Part shown: positions 36,051 to 55,105 of the stretch, one piece after another
Layout of the letters: every line of letters starts with the position of its first letter
How positions within the stretch are numbered: the first letter of the stretch is position 1
NCBI GenBank assembly: GCA_009914755.4
Contig: CP068257.2
Location: 15,264,001-15,328,000 of the forward strand
Direction of reading: 5' to 3'
DNA length: 64,000 nucleotides
Source of the DNA: the human T2T-CHM13v2.0 reference genome, Homo sapiens
Notes under the pieces: model-generated
What the model saw: the letters and a program-made list of their open reading frames with translations, nothing else
Databases searched by the model: none
What the model was told of the DNA's origin: nothing
Position numbers and translations under genes: made by a program

Positions 36051-39000
36051 CAATGAATTCCGGAAAGGAGATGGAGCAAGATGGCCTAATAGAAGCCTTC
36101 ACTGATTGTCTACCCTGCAGGAACACCAAATTAAACAACTATCCACACAAGAAAGCACCCTCAGAACAACCAAAAATCAGGTGAGTGATCACAGTACCTG
36201 ACTTAAACTTCTTGTTACTGAAAGAAGCATGGAAGAGGGGTAAGACAGTCTTGAATTGCCAACACTACCACTCCCACAGCCTCTAGTGGTGGCCACATGG
36301 CACAGAAAGAAAATCTGTTTTCCTGGGGGAGGAAGAGTGCAGAGACCGTGGGACTTTGCATTGGAACTCACTGCTGTCCTCTTACCCCAGAAAGCAATAC
36401 CAGGCACAACGCAGCCAGTGCCTATGGAGGGAGCATTTAGACCTGCCCTAGCCAGTGGGGAATTGTCCATCCCAGATGTCAGAAGACGAATTCAGGCAAG
36501 CCCCACCACCTCACGACAAAGTGTTCTATGGTCCTAAATAAAATTGAATGGTAGTCTAGGCCACAAGAACTGCAAATACTGGGCAAGTCCTGGTGCTATG
36601 CTGGGCACAGAGCCAGTGGACTTGAGAAGCACATGACCTAATGGAACACCAGCCAGAGTGGCTGAGAGAATGCTTACATCACTCCACCCCAGCCACAGGT
36701 AGTATAACTTGCAGCTCCAGAAGACACTCCTTCCCTCCACTTGAGAAGAAAGAGAATAAGGCGGACTTCATCTTGCAACTTGGATACCATCTCAGCTACA
36801 GTAGAATAGGACACTGGGCAGAGTCCTGAGGCCCCTATTCCAGACCCTAGCTCCCAGATGACATTTCTAGGCACCTTGGGCCAAAAGGTAAACCACTGCC
36901 TTGAAGGGAAGGACCCAGTTCTGGCAGGATTTACAACCTGCTGACTAAAGAGCCCTTGGGCACTGAATAATCAGCAGTGGAACCCAGGTATTTGCTATGG
37001 TCCTTGGTCCTTGGGTGAGACTCAGAGAGCTGCTAACTTCAGGTGTGACCCAGCACATTCCCAGCTGTGGTGGCTCTGGGAAGAGACTCCTTCTGCTTGA
37101 GTAAAGGAGAGGGGAGAGTAAAGGGAATTCTGTCTTGAAGCTTAAGTATGGTTTGGCTACAAGGAAGTAGAGCACCAAGCAGGCTCTTGGGATATTTGAT
37201 TGCAGGCCTTGGCTCTTAGATGGCATTTCTAGACCTGCCTGGGGCCAAAGGGGAGCCTGGTGTCCTGAAGGGAGAGTCCCAGTCCTGGAAGCATTCACCA
37301 AAGCTGACAGAAGAGCCCTTGGGCCTTGAGTGAACATTACCAGTAGCCAAGCAGTACTTGTCCATGGCCCTGGGGCAGTGGTGGCCATGGTGAGAGACTC
37401 CTCTGCTTGCAGAAAGGAGAGAAAGAGTGGACAGGACATTGACTCATGACCTGGGTGCCAGCTCAGCCACAGAATAGAGCACTAAGTGGATCCCTAAGAT
37501 TTCCAACTCCCAGATACTGGCTCCCAGATAGCTTCTTTAGACCCACCTGGAACTGGGGGTAACTCGCCACCTTGAAGGGAAGCCCACAAGCCTGATTGGC
37601 TTTGCCACCTGCAGATTGCAGAACCCTCGGGCCTTGACTAAACATAACCAGTAGCCAGGGAGTGGTTCCTGTAGGCTGTGAGCAAGACCCATTATTGTGC
37701 TAGCTTCAGTTCTCCCACAATGCAGTCCTAGTGGTGGTGGCCACAGGTGTGCTGGTTCCACCTTTCCATCAGCTCCAGGCAGCTCATCACAGAGACAGAG
37801 AGACAACATTTGTTTGGGAGAAAGTAAGGGAAGATAACACGGTTCTGTGCCTGGTAATCCACAGAATTCCTCTAGATATTATCATAGACCATCAATGTTA
37901 TACTTCACAGATGTGGCTGCAGTGACCAAAAATCTAGACAACACCCAAGTCACTTCAAATACCTGGAAACCTTCCCAGGAAAAATGGATACAAACAAGCC
38001 CAGACTGTCAAGACTAAAATAAATATTTAACTCCTACTGCGTAGACAGCAATAACATCCATAAGCAATAAGACCATTTAGGAAAACATGACCTCACAAGA
38101 TGAACTAAATAAGGCACCAGGGACCAATCCTAGACAGAAAGAGATATGTATGTGACCTTTCAAAAAGAGAATTCAAAATAGCTGCTTTGAGGAAACTCAA
38201 CAAAATTCAAGCTAACACAGAGGAGAAATTCAGAATCCTATCAGATAATTTTAACAAACAGATTGAAATAATTAAAAGGAATCGAGCAGAAATTTTGAGG
38301 TTGAAAATGCAATTGACACACTGAAGAATGCATCAGAGTCTCTTAGCAGCAGAATTGATCAAAACAAAAATGAATTAGTGAGCTAGAGACAGGCTATTTG
38401 ACAATACACAGTAAGAAGAGACAAAGGGAAAAAATAATAAAAAATAAGGATGCACACCTACAAGATCTAGAAAATAGCCTCAAAAGGACAAATCTAAGAG
38501 AAATTGGTCTTAAAGAAAAAGTACAGGGAGATGAGGTAGAAAGTTTATTCAGAGGGATAATAACAGAACCTCCCAAACCTACAAAAAGATGTCAATATTC
38601 AGGTACAAGAAAGTTATAGAATACCAAGCAGACTTAACACAAAGAAGACTACCTAATGGAATTTAATAATCAAACTCCCAAACATCAAGAATAAAGAAAG
38701 GATCCTAAAAGCAGGAGGAGAAAAGAAAAAAATAACATACAATGAAGCTTCACTATGTCTGGCAGCAGACTTTTCAGTGGAAACCTTACAGGCCAGAACA
38801 GAGTGGCATGACATATTTAAAGCACCGAAGAAACAAATTTTTGCCCTAGAGTAATATAACCAGTGAAAGTATCATTCAAACATGAAGAAGAAATAAAGAT
38901 GTTAACATGAGGAAGAAATATAAAAAAAAAATCCTTCAAACATGAAGGAGAAATAAAGACTTTCTCAAACAAAAGCTGAGAGATTTCATCAACACCAGAG

Positions 39001-39554
39001 ATGATGTACAAGAAATGCTAAAAAAGTTCTTCCACTTGAAAGAAAAGAATGCTGATGAGCAATAAGAAATCATCTGAAGGTACAAAACTCACTGGTAATA
39101 GTAAGTACACAGAAAAACATAGAATATTATAACATTGTAATTGTGATGTATAAACTATGTATTAAGTAGAAAGTCTAAAAGACAAACTTATCAAAAATAA
39201 TAACAGCAACCACATTTCAAGACATAGACAGTAGAATGAGACATAAATAGAAACAATAAAAAGGCAAAAAGCAAGGGAATGAAGTTAAAGTGTAGAGTTA
39301 TTGTTGGTTTTCTCTGTGTTTGTAAGTTTGTTTATGCAATCAGTGTTGTCATCTGTTTAAAATAATGAATTAAATGATATTATTTCACAAGCCTCATGCT
39401 GACCCCAAACAAAAGAACATACAATAGATATACAAAAAATAAAAAGCAAGAAATTAAAACATACCACTAGCAAAAATCATCTTAAATAAAAGGAAGATGG
39501 GAAGGGAGTAAAGAAGAAAAAAAAGACAACAAAACAATCAGAAAATAAAACAAA

Positions 39555-43683
<4,129 letters not shown>

Positions 43684-44120
43684 AAATTAAAATAATTGAA
43701 CTCATGGAGACAGAGAGTAGAAGGATGATTACCAGAGGCTGGGAAGGGTAGTTGAAGGATAGGGGGTAATGACAGATAGTCAATGGGTACAAAAATATAG
43801 GATAAAAAAAGATCTAGTATTTAACAATAATTTATTGTAAATTTAAAAATAATTAAATATAACTAGATGGTTTGTAACAGAAAGAATAAATGCTTTAGGT
43901 GATAGATACCCTATTTACCCTGATGTGACTGTTATGCATTGTATGCTTATTTCAAAGTATCCCATGTACCCCATAAATATATGCACCTACTATGGACCCA
44001 CAAAACTTAAATATAAAGTAAAAAAATTAATTAATGAGTGAATTGTATGGCATCTAAATTACGTCTCAATAAAGCTGTTACAAAAATCGGAAAAAAACAA
44101 TAAATTTGAATAAGCAGAAA

Positions 44121-44300
44121 TACCAAGAATGAGGAAGCACAGTGAAAAGGCTACCGTTTGCGAGCAAAAAGGCTGCCATCTCCAAGCCAAGGAGAGTTGC
44201 CCCAGAAGAAACTAAACCTGCCAACACCTTGATTTGGACATCTAGCCTCAAGAACTGTGGGAAAATAAATCTATCCTTTTTAAGCCATCCAGTCTGTGGT
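44121..44300 (+). mobile_element. MaLR (MLT1-like) LTR, 3' half
   Basis: '...ccaaggagagttgccccagaagaaactaaacctgccaacaccttgatttggacatctagcctcaagaactgtgggaaaataaatctatcctttttaagccatccagtctgtggtatttcattacaggagccttagcaaactaat' is the MLT1 3' terminus. Confidence 0.6.
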
Positions 44301-44725
44301 ATTTCATTACAGGAGCCTTAGCAAACTAATATACCCAGTTTTTCTGCTTTGTTTTGTTTTTTACCCTTTAATTGTAATTCACAACGTGGATTTTTTTCTA
44401 ATGTGCCCTTCAGTATTTTACTACCTGCCCCTGCGAGATTTCCTGTCTTTCAAAATCAAGTCTAGCAAAGCTGACCTAGAGCAGGGTAAGTATCTCCATG
44501 CTGAAAGACTGAGCTTTCCTACAACCTCACAATTAAGAATGCTTTCATGCTACTTAAAATTAAAGATGGCTGCTAAAACAAGAACTTGCAGGTAGCCATT
44601 TAGCAACGTTTAAAAGGTAGGCTGGAGTTCATTCAATTTTGTCTTTAGTGCAAGGCCCAAGTGTTTGGCACCTTCCTCATCAGCTTCCAAAGGAAATGTT
44701 AGGCTTTGCTGATTGCTGATTTATT

Positions 44726-45031
<306 letters not shown>

Positions 45032-46544
45032 TGGTTGCTGATTTATTGATGACCATTTTAGGTTTCACAAATACTGCTCTTATCATTGCACAAGATTATG
45101 AACAAATATCTTGTTTTCTCTAGTCAATTCTCATGTTTAACGTTGGCTTGATGTCTTCATCTCCAAATAATCATATTTTTCCCTCTTAATTATAGAGCAA
45201 ATGAACAATGAGATGGTATGACTCAATTAGATTGCTGCATTACTGAATGCAGAAAAACTCTCATGTTCTCCTATCACCTTCGTACCCACTCCACTCCAAC
45301 ATTCATTCACAGTTTATTTGTCCGTAGGTAAATACCAAGAAAGCTAGATTAATTAGAGCTCTTCCCTAGGTAGTTTTTGCAAACTAGACCAAGGAAAGAA
45401 AATATGTCTTGGTTGAAGGAGTTCGAGTTATGACCCTTAACAACTATGAGCAGCCACGTGCCACCAATTTGGAATAATTACTTTTACAGTGAGAGGGAAT
45501 AAAGTGGATATGGGAAATAATAGCATCCAGCTCACAGGGTTGTAAGACTTAAATGGGATTATGTATGTAAAGTACTTACCACCATTCAATAGATGCTGGC
45601 AAAAACAATTAAAACTAAGAAGGGTCTCAGATTTTAGCCTGCTTGTAAGCCAACAAGCAGCCTGCCACTGTTTCATGAATGCTGGCAGAAGACATAAGAC
45701 TCCTCAGCTAGAAAAAAAGGGTGTTATTACTTTTGGCACAGTGGGCAGCAAGAGCTTCAATGTAAACACTGGCCTCTAAGTCTCATGGTCATGACAGAGG
45801 CAGGCACAGGTGGATGCTGTAAGCACAATGAGTGTGTGTCACAGCTGAGAAATCCAATCTTAGGAATCTCCAATTGTTTATAACGGGCTGCCTGAAAACC
45901 TGCTCAACCTTTGCCCTGGAGGAAGGCATTATCTTTATTATACTTGACAACAAACAAACCTGTCATCTGTTCTAGGGGCAAGACCCTGTCTCTGTCTTAC
46001 AAGGCTATTTGCTATACATACATCCTTGAAAAGACAGTCTGGACAAAACTGTGAATGCCTCTGGTTAAAAGAAGTGCAGGTATGAGAGACCCATGGAGAA
46101 TTCTCTTTGAACAATAATTAATAGATATTTAGAATTGAGAGCACTGAGATATTTATTGAGCATTAGTAAATAAAGAAACATGGATTTAGAAGCTAAATTG
46201 CTGGTAATATTATGTAATCTTTGATTTAATAGATGAGAAGCCTTGTCCTGGGTAAGGAAATTAATTTAGCTTTAGCATAGAGAATATGAGTTATCTATAG
46301 CACATACAATGAAAATATTCAATGAGAAACTGGAAATTGATTCAGATGATAGAAAAATATTAAAATCTGGTTATACCAACATTGCAATCATACTTACAAA
46401 AAGGTCAACTAGTACTTTCTTTTCCTCATTATGATGACTTTCAAGCTCAGGGGTCAACAAATCAGCCCATAGGTTAAATTCTGTTCACTACCTGTTTTTG
46501 TATAAAGTTGCATTGAAACACAGCCACACTCCATCCTGATATTT

Positions 46545-46760
46545 TTGTTTAAATCTTAGATTCAAAGGATACATGTATAGGTTTGTTACATGGATATGTT
46601 GCATAATGCTGAGGTTTGGGCTTCAGTTGAACTCATCACCCAATTAGTGAACACAGTACCCAATAGATAGTTTATCAACCATTGCCCCCTCCCTCCCTTT
46701 CCCCTTAGGCATCCCTAGTGTCTCTCTGTTTCCATCCTTATGGGCACTTAGGTAGATGCC
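46545..46760 (-). mobile_element. L1 3' UTR fragment, minus orientation
   Basis: Antisense to an L1PA/PB 3' UTR: 'ggatacatgtataggtttgttacatggatatgttgcataatgctgaggtttgggcttcagttgaactcatcacccaattagtgaacacagtacccaatag...ccattgccccctccctccctttcccc'. Confidence 0.6.
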
Positions 46761-46774
46761 ATGTCTTTTCTATT

Positions 46775-46930
46775 GTGAATGGCACAACACACCCTTTCAT
46801 TTATATATTGTCTGTGGCTGCATTCATACTACAATGGTAAAGTTTGATAGTAGCAACAGAAATGACTCACAAAGCCAAAAATATTTACTATCTAATTCTT
46901 TACAGAAAAAGCTGGCTGCCCTCTGTTCTA
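46775..46930. mobile_element. hAT MITE (MER30-like) 3' half
   Basis: '...tattgtctgtggctgcattcatactacaatggtaaagtttgatagtagcaacagaaatgactcacaaagccaaaaatatttactatctaattctttacagaaaaagctggctgccctctg'. It is the same family and orientation as 14994-15303. Confidence 0.5.
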
Positions 46931-46957
46931 AACTCTTAAATTTGTGGATCAGCTCAT

Positions 46958-47368
46958 GGAATCAACTTAAGTGTCCATAACGGATGGATTGGATAAAGAA
47001 AATGTGGTACATATGCACCATGGAATACTACACAGACATTAAAAAAAATCACGTCCTTGTCAGCAACATGGATGCAGCTGGAGGTCATTATCCTAAGTGA
47101 ATCAACACAGAAACAGAACATCAAACACTGCATTTTCTCGTAAGTGGAAGCTGAACTGTGGGTACACAGGAACATAAAGATGAAAATAATAGACACTGGG
47201 GGCTCTAAAAGTGGGGAGAGAAAGAGGAGGACAAGGGTTGAAAAACTACCTATTGAGTATCTATGTTCACTCTTTGGGTGATGGGTTCACCAGAATCCCA
47301 AATGCCAGCATTATGCAATACACCCATGCAATAAACCTGCACATGTACCCCTGAATTTGTAATAAAAA
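46958..47368 (+). mobile_element. L1PA-type 3' terminal fragment, plus orientation
   Basis: 'ggattggataaagaaaatgtggtacatatgcaccatggaatactacacagacattaaaaaaaatcacgtccttgtcagcaacatggatgcagctggaggtcattatcctaagtgaatcaacacagaaacagaacatcaaacactgcattttctcgtaagtggaagctgaactgtggg...cctgcacatgtacccctgaatttgtaataaaaatttgaa'. Confidence 0.8.
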
Positions 47369-48747
47369 TTTGAACATCATCAGTCCTTCTTTCCAAAGTT
47401 TTATATTATAAAACCATATCTACTTTTTCTCTGAGGCTACTTTGCATTTACCTAGTTGTATTTTCCCCAAGTAATTATAATCCAGAGAAAGAATGAGTTA
47501 AATGCTATATCAGTGGTATACATTGCAATGATAGAACCAAGAAAGAAAAAAAAATTAAAAAATAGAAACTCACATGGGAAAATTTTGGAATGTCCTCCCA
47601 GAAGATGTGGTTTAAGGAGGGCCTTTAAGGACGGTTAAAACACTGACACACAAAACTTCATCACTGGTGAGGAAATTACACAAGTAAAGAAAGGAAAGGA
47701 GTTTGTGGCAAACAAGGATACATAGATCAGGGAACCAACCAAGGTTAGGTCAAAGCAATAGGATACAAACACACTATTTTTCATATTGTTTTGTGATTCA
47801 AGTTCTGTAACTGCTTAAAAGTCTGGGACATGTGTGCATTATGCAGAATGAGAAGGAAAAGTTAGAGTCAGCAAAAAGAAGGCCAAGATAACCTGCTGTG
47901 ACAAGCAAAGCAAATGAGAAGCTTGTTGGACAAAAATAGATTCTATAATCCAATGCCTTTTCCTGATTGTTGACAGAGGCAGAGTAGATGTGCATAATAT
48001 GGAGCATTTGTCAAGGTGATGTCAAAAGATGATGCTTCCCACCTGGGAACTTAGTTTAGGATTATGACTTACAAAGCGCAAGTAAAGTCATGAATGCAGA
48101 GATCATTGCAAAAAAAAAAAAAAAATCTGTCATTAAAAGTCTTTATATAATCTAATTATATAAATTTGGAATACATATTGAAAAGCTATCTTAAAAAGAG
48201 GTTGTTTTGAAGTTTTATATCATGTTTGTAAAAATAATTTGAGGTAAAAAGTGTCTTCTAGTTGCATCAGGCTATGACAAGTCATGATTTCATTAACTCT
48301 GTAGTTTACCATAACAGTCTAGTTGTATGGTTGTTAAGGGCATTGAAAATTATGTATTAATATTTAATTCCCTTTTTAAATATTTGTGTGGTTCTCTTAT
48401 ACCACTTCCATATGTGGTGGCTATGAATTTCAGTCCATAAACATGAGGGCTCAGGAAATAGCACTTTATTTGCTGTAACAAGTTTTATATGTATGTATGT
48501 AACAAGCTCAGTTTTATTTCTGAGCTGAAGTTGATTTTTCCTCAGTCACTTATTTTTTCTTCCATCCCCAAGACCATTCCATGGTTTCAGTATCTTCAGT
48601 TAATGTCAAGGTATTGTGGGAGGGGGCACTGTCTGGACATCAATCATTTTTCTTCACAGACAACTCTTATTCTTTACATGGCTGCTTCAGTTCTGTCAAT
48701 TCCCTTTAGCTTCCATGCCTTGACTGAGGCCCAGCAACTCTTCTCTT

Positions 48748-49045
48748 TTTTTGAGATCCTGCAAGAAAAGATGACCCTCTGTTGCCCTGGCTGGAGTGCA
48801 GTGGTGTGAACACAACTCACTGGAGCCTCAATCTCCTGGGCTCAAGCTATTCTCCTGCCTCAGGTTCCTGAGTAGCTGGGACCACAGGTACATGCCACCA
48901 TGCACAACCAATTTTTAAAATGTTTTGTAGAGACAGGGTCTCACTATGTTCCCTAGGCTGGTCTCAAACTCCTGGGCTCAAGTGATACTCCCACCTCAGC
49001 CTGCCAAAGTGCTGGGATTATAGGTGTGAGCCACCATGCCCAGGC
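48748..49045 (-). mobile_element. Alu SINE, minus orientation
   Basis: '...ccctctgttgccctggctggagtgcagtggtgtgaacacaactcactggagcctcaatctcctgggctcaagc...' through '...gccaaagtgctgggattataggtgtgagccaccatgcccaggc'. Confidence 0.9.
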
Positions 49046-52000
49046 TCCAGTAACTTTTTTAACGGCTGTCTTCGATTCTTCTTACTAGAATCACCATGCA
49101 GCCAGTTCTCTTTACGATTTGTTTATCTTACTCCCTCCACAGAGGCACTTACTAGGAAAGAGAAGATCATCTCTACTCAGGATTTACCATCCACTTTACC
49201 TCCTTGCTAAGGTAATTTCTTTTATGAGTCTCTTTGTTAGTCAATTTGTGTTACTATAAAGAAACACCCAAGACTGGGCAATTCATAAAGAAAAGAGGTT
49301 TGTTTTAGCTCACGCTTCTGAAGGCTGTTAGGAAGCATGGTGCTGGCATCTGTTTCCAGTGAGTCCTCAGGAAGCTTACAATCATGGTGGAAGGGGAAGT
49401 GGGAGCAGGCACATCACATGGCAAGAGAGAGAGCGTGTAGGTGCCAGGCTATTTTAAATGACTAACTCTCACGTGAATATCTGTGAACTGACAATGAGAA
49501 CTCACTCATTACCAGGGGAAGAGCCCCAAGCCACTAATGAAGGCTATGCCTTCACGATCCATACATCTCCACCAGGCCTCACCTCCAACACTGGGGATCA
49601 CATTTCAACATGAGATTTGGAGAAAACACACATCGAAACCATATTAGTAGGTAAGAAAAATGCCCCTTCAAAATGCTCTAGCTAGCTCCTTCTCAATCCC
49701 TTTCCTGTGGAAAGTCAACTGCTCAGTAGTATGAGTCAGTGACTTTGGAGCTAGGAAGGAACTTGGTCACCATAACCAGCATGTTTTACAAGACTGACAC
49801 CAACAAACCTCTTCAAATTTTCGAATTAGTTGAAGACAAGAAGATTTAGCAAATAAGTGAGTGAATTCAGAATAATAGAAATTGGGTGTCTACTGTTGAA
49901 TAAAGAAGGTAAAAATACTTAAGGGAGAATGGCTGGAGTAAATTTGAGGTATCAGTGTGAACTTAATGATTTTCAATATAAATATAGATACATAGATATA
50001 TGTGTATGTGAGTTTGTATATGCACACACATAATTTTCTAGCTATCCTGTAAGGAGTCCTGAAAGCAATGGCACACTGGCAGTAATTAGCACAAACCAAG
50101 TCCCCAGATTTTGGGTTCTATATTCATTCTCCAATAAAAGAAACCTGATTCTTTGAGAAATGGCTGATTTCAGGGCATGGGTTAGAAAACAAATGAGATA
50201 AATCTAGAGCATTCTATCATGGCAAAATGTAAGAAAGCTTATTCAAAGATTAATGGGGACATTTTAAAAGAACAAAAAAAGTTGAGTTGAAGGGAACCCA
50301 CTGATTAAACCTGCAAAAATTTTAGCATCAAAATAATGATAATAACATATTGTAACCTCTTGAATAAAGTAGGAATAGAAAATAAGCTCCTGCCTTATAG
50401 TAGAATGCCAACTAACAAATATAGAAGGGAGGATGGAATTAGAAAAGCACCGCTTGGCAATAATCTTAGAAATCATTGATTCAGAAAAGGATTATCAATG
50501 GATGCTAAAATTAGTAGATGAGTATTTGATGAGGAACAGGCTATTTACATAGTCTGAAAGTATGTTTCCACAAAATACTTTTATTTACTTGTTATTTAAT
50601 AAGTTTGAGATACTTATTAATTAACATTAAAATGAAGAAAATCTGACAGATTATTTTAAACAAATGGTAAATGATATCATCAATAGTCCAAATATTTATG
50701 CCTTCTATTAGGATGGACTAAGAACAGTGCATTATTTTTGTGGTATTCCTGCCAAAAACATGCATAACTGAAAATAAATTATAAGAAAACACCACAGAAA
50801 ATCTGTATCTTTTTTAAAAGTCAAGGCCATGATACATGAAGAAAGATTTCAAAAGTCTAAGAGGTATGGCCTTTAAATGCAATGTGTGCTCCTGAATTGG
50901 TTCATTGACCAAAAAAGAAATGAAGAAAAGGGGAAACAATTTATTTTACTCTATAATGGGCACTATAAGGAAAACTGGGAAAATCTGAAGTTCTGGGAAT
51001 TAGACAACAGTATTGCATTAACGTTAATTTTCTTATTTTGTTGGGTGTATTAGGGTTATAAAGAAGAATTCCTTTGCTTTTAGGAAACAGAAAATTTCAG
51101 GAATTTGGGCCGTCATGTCTGCAACTTGTAAACAGCTCAAAACAGAAAAAGAGAGAGAAGAAAAATGTACAATGTTAAAAATTGTGGAATCTGGACAAAG
51201 TTTGTAGAGTTCTTTGCACTGTTCTTACAACTATTCTGAAAGTTCAAAATTAAAATTTAACCCAAAAATACTATTGATATATCTTAAAATTCAAACTCTA
51301 TTTTACTTCCTCACTGTTTGTAATTCTGTTAAGGCCATAAGGGTTTGTAAAATAAATGCCAGAAAAGCTTGCAGACAACTTTTACTTTCTACTCTTCCAC
51401 ATATCTCTTTTAAACAAATTTTTGTCAAAATTTTGTGAGTACATAGTAGGTATATGTATTTATGGGTACATGAGATGTTTTGATACAGGCATGCAATGTG
51501 AAATAAGCACATCATGGAGAATGGGGTATCCATCCCACATGCGTTTCTTCTTTGAGTTACAAACAATCTAATTACATTCTTTAAGTTATTAAAACATATA
51601 CAATTAAGTTATTATTGACTATAATCACCCTATTGTGCTATCAAATAGTAGGTCTTATTCATTCTTTCCATTTTTTTGTACCCATTTACCATGCCTCCCC
51701 CCAACCTCCAACTACCTTTTTCCTCACCTCTGGTAACCATCCTATTCTCTATGCCCATGAGTTCAATTAATTTGATTTTTAAATCCCACAAATTAGTGAT
51801 AACATGTGATGTTTGTCTTTCTGTGCCTGGCTTATTTCACTCAACATAATAATCTCCAGTTCCATCCATGCTGTGGCAAATGACTGGATGTCATTTTTTA
51901 CTGCTGAATAATACTACATTGTTCATATTTACCACAATTTGACACTTAGGTTACTCCCAAATCTTAGTTATTGTAAACAGTGCTGCAGTAAACACAGGTG

Positions 52001-54344
52001 TGAATTTATCTCTTCAATATACTTATTTCCTTTCTTTTGGGTATATACCCAGCAGTAGGATTGCTGGATCATATGGTAGTTGTATTTTTAGTTTTTGAGG
52101 AACCTTCAAACTGTTCTCTACAGTGACTATATTAATTTAGTTTCCCACCAACAGTGTGCAATGCTTCCCTTTTCTCCACATCCTCACTAGCATTTGTTAT
52201 TGACTGTCTTTTGGATATTAGCATTTCTAAAATGCTTTCGATTTGCGTTTCTCTGATGGTCAATGTTATTAAGCACCTTTTCTTATCTGTTAGCCATTTG
52301 TGTGTCTTCTTTTGAGAAATAGCTATTCAAACATTTTGCACATTTTTTCTTATAGAGTTATTTGAGCTTCTTATATATACTGGTTATTAATCCCTTGTCA
52401 GATGAATAATTTGCAAATACTTTTTCTCATTCTGTGAGTTGGCTCTTCCCTTTGTTGCTCATTTTTCTAAGCAAAAGCTTTTTAGCTTGATGTGATCTTA
52501 TTTGTTCATTGCTGCTTTAGTTGCCTGTGCTTGTAGGGTAATACTCAAGGAATTCTTGCCCAGACCAATATCCTGGAGATTTTCCCCAATGTTTCTTTTA
52601 GTAGTTTTATAGTTTGAGGTTTTAGATTTTAGTCTTTAATCGATTTTTATTTTATTTTTGTAGATGGTGAGAGATAGGGGTCTAGTTTCATTCTTCTGCA
52701 TATGGATATCCTGTTTGCCCAGCACTATCTTTGCCCATTTGTAGTGATGTTCTTGTTGTCGTTTTTTGCTTATTGACTTAAGTTTCCTAGAGATTCTTGA
52801 TATTGATATTAAACCTTTGTCTGATGCATAGTTTGTGAATATCTTCTTCAATTCTGTAGGTTGTCTGTTTATTCTGTTGATACATTTTTTTGTTTGGTTG
52901 GTTTTTAACTGTGCAAATGCTGTTTAGTTTTATTAGGTTCCACTTGTCAATTTTTGTTTTTGTTGCAATGGCTTTTGGGCACTTAGCCAAAAATTATTTG
53001 CCAAGGCTGATGTTGAGAAGAGTATCTCCTAGGTTGTGTTCCATTATATTTATAGTTTGAGGTATTAAATTCAAACTTTAATCTATTTTGCATTAATTTT
53101 TATAAATGATGAAAGGTAGGGGTCTAGCCTTAATATTGGGCATATGGCTAGTCAGTTGTCCCAGAACCATTTATTGAATGGGAAGTCCTATCCCCATTGC
53201 TTGTTTTTGTCAGCCTTGTTGAATATCAAATGGTTGTAGGTGTATGGCTTTATTTCTGAGTTCTGTACTCTGTTTCATGGGCCTATGTGTTTGTTTTTTG
53301 TACCATTACCATGCTGTTTTGGTTACTGTAGAATAGTATAGTTTGAAGTTAAATAGTATGCTGCATCTGGCTTTGTCCTTTTTGCTTAACATTACTTTGG
53401 CTACTTAGACTCTTCATTGCTTCCATATAAATTTTAGAATAGTTTTTTCCTAATTCTGCGATGAATGACATTGGTACTTTGATAGGAAGTGTTGAATCTG
53501 TAAATTTCCTTAGAGAGAATGGTCATTTTTACAATATCAATTCTTCCAATCCATGAGCATGGAATGTTTTGCCATTTGTTTATTTCATTTTCTTTGGGAC
53601 TATTGTAAATGGGATTGTGTCCTTGATTTCATTCTCAGCTTGGATATTGTTCATTAATAGAAATGCTACTGATATTTGTACATTGATTTTGCATCCTGAA
53701 AGTTTACTAAAATTGTTTATCAGTTCTAAAAGCCTTTTGGTAGAGTTCTTTGGATATTCTAGGTATAGAATCATATAATCAGTGAAGAGAGATAGTTTGA
53801 CTTTCTCTTTTCCTAGTTGGACCCCTTTTAATTCTTTCTCTTGCCTGATTGCTCTGAGAAGGACTTCCAGTACTTAGTTGAATAGGAATGGTTGTTCCAG
53901 TTCTCAAGGGAAATTATTTGTGCTTTTACCCATTCAGTATAATGTTGACTGTGGGTTTGTCATAAATGGCTCTTATTATTTTGAGATATGTTCCTTTGAT
54001 TTCTAGCCTATTGAGAGATTTTATTATGGAGGAATGCTGGATTTTATCAAAAGCTCTTTTTTTCATCTGTTGAAGAGGTCATATGGTTTTTGCTTTTAAT
54101 TCTGTTTATGTGGTGAATCACATTTATTGATATGTGTATGTTGAACCAGCCTTGCATACTAGGAATAAAGCCTACTTGGTCATGGTGTATTATGCTTTGA
54201 TATGCTGCTGGTTTCAGTCTGCTAATATTTTGTTGATGATATTTGCATGCATGTTCTTAAGAAATATTGGCCTAAAGTTTTCTATTTTTGTTGTGTCTCT
54301 GCCAGACTTTTATATCAGGCTGATTTTTTAAAATTAATTTTGTA

Positions 54345-55105
54345 AAATGCCATGGCAATTATTTAATACTACAACTGCCTGAGGCACCAATACTAGCTGG
54401 TCAAACAAAAAGCTGACCAAGAAGAAAACAAACAAAAAAAATCAGGTAATAATGCAATTAAAAGTACTATAAGCCATCTGGGTTTGAAGGAACAAGTAAA
54501 ACTATGTATACTCACAAGTGACTTAATCTTAAATGAATAAAGTCCTAAGGGTTCCACACACGCCTGAAAAGCTATTCGAACGAATCAGTGACTTTAGCTA
54601 AATTGCAGGACCAATATACAAAAACCAACTGTATTTATCCAATAGCAGTGAACACTCCAGACATAAAATTTAAAGAAAAATTTCATTCACAATTGCCTCA
54701 AAAAAGAACAAAATACTTAAAAATAACTTTAACAAATGTGTTAAGACTTATACATTGGAAACAACAAACATTGTTGAAATGAAGTAAAGAAGACATAAGT
54801 AAATGAAAAGACATTATATTCATAAATTGAAAGACCTGATGTGGTTAAGATAGCAATACTCCTCAAATTTATCCACAGATTCAACACAATACCTATCCAA
54901 ATCTTAACTACTTTTCTTCTTGCAGAAATTGGCAGGATACTCCTCAAATTTATGTGGCAATGCAAAGGACCTAGAATGGGCAAAGCAATCTTGAAAAAAA
55001 GAATAAAGTTGGTGCACTCATTCTTCCTAGTTTGAAATTCACTACAAAGTTGCAATAAGCAAGACAGTGTGGTTCTGGCAAAAGGTTGTAAATAAATTAA
55101 TGGAG
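54345..55105 (+). mobile_element. Plus-strand (inverted) L1 ORF2 fragment, about aa 560-975, embedded in the minus-strand L1
   Basis: ORFs 54588-54782 and 54841-55035 encode '...DQYTKTNCIYPIAVNTPDIKFKEKFHSQLPQKRTKYLKITLTN...' and '...[64 protein letters not shown]...'. These match L1 ORF2p 'KSQAFLYTNNRQTE...[25 protein letters not shown]...[47 protein letters not shown]' in sense. Confidence 0.75.

Noticed and set aside
36945-37439. 164-aa minus-strand ORF, the longest in the track
   Set aside because: It lies antisense within the tandem-monomer 5' UTR of the old L1. It has no start context or conservation signal and its composition follows the repeat. I treat it as spurious.
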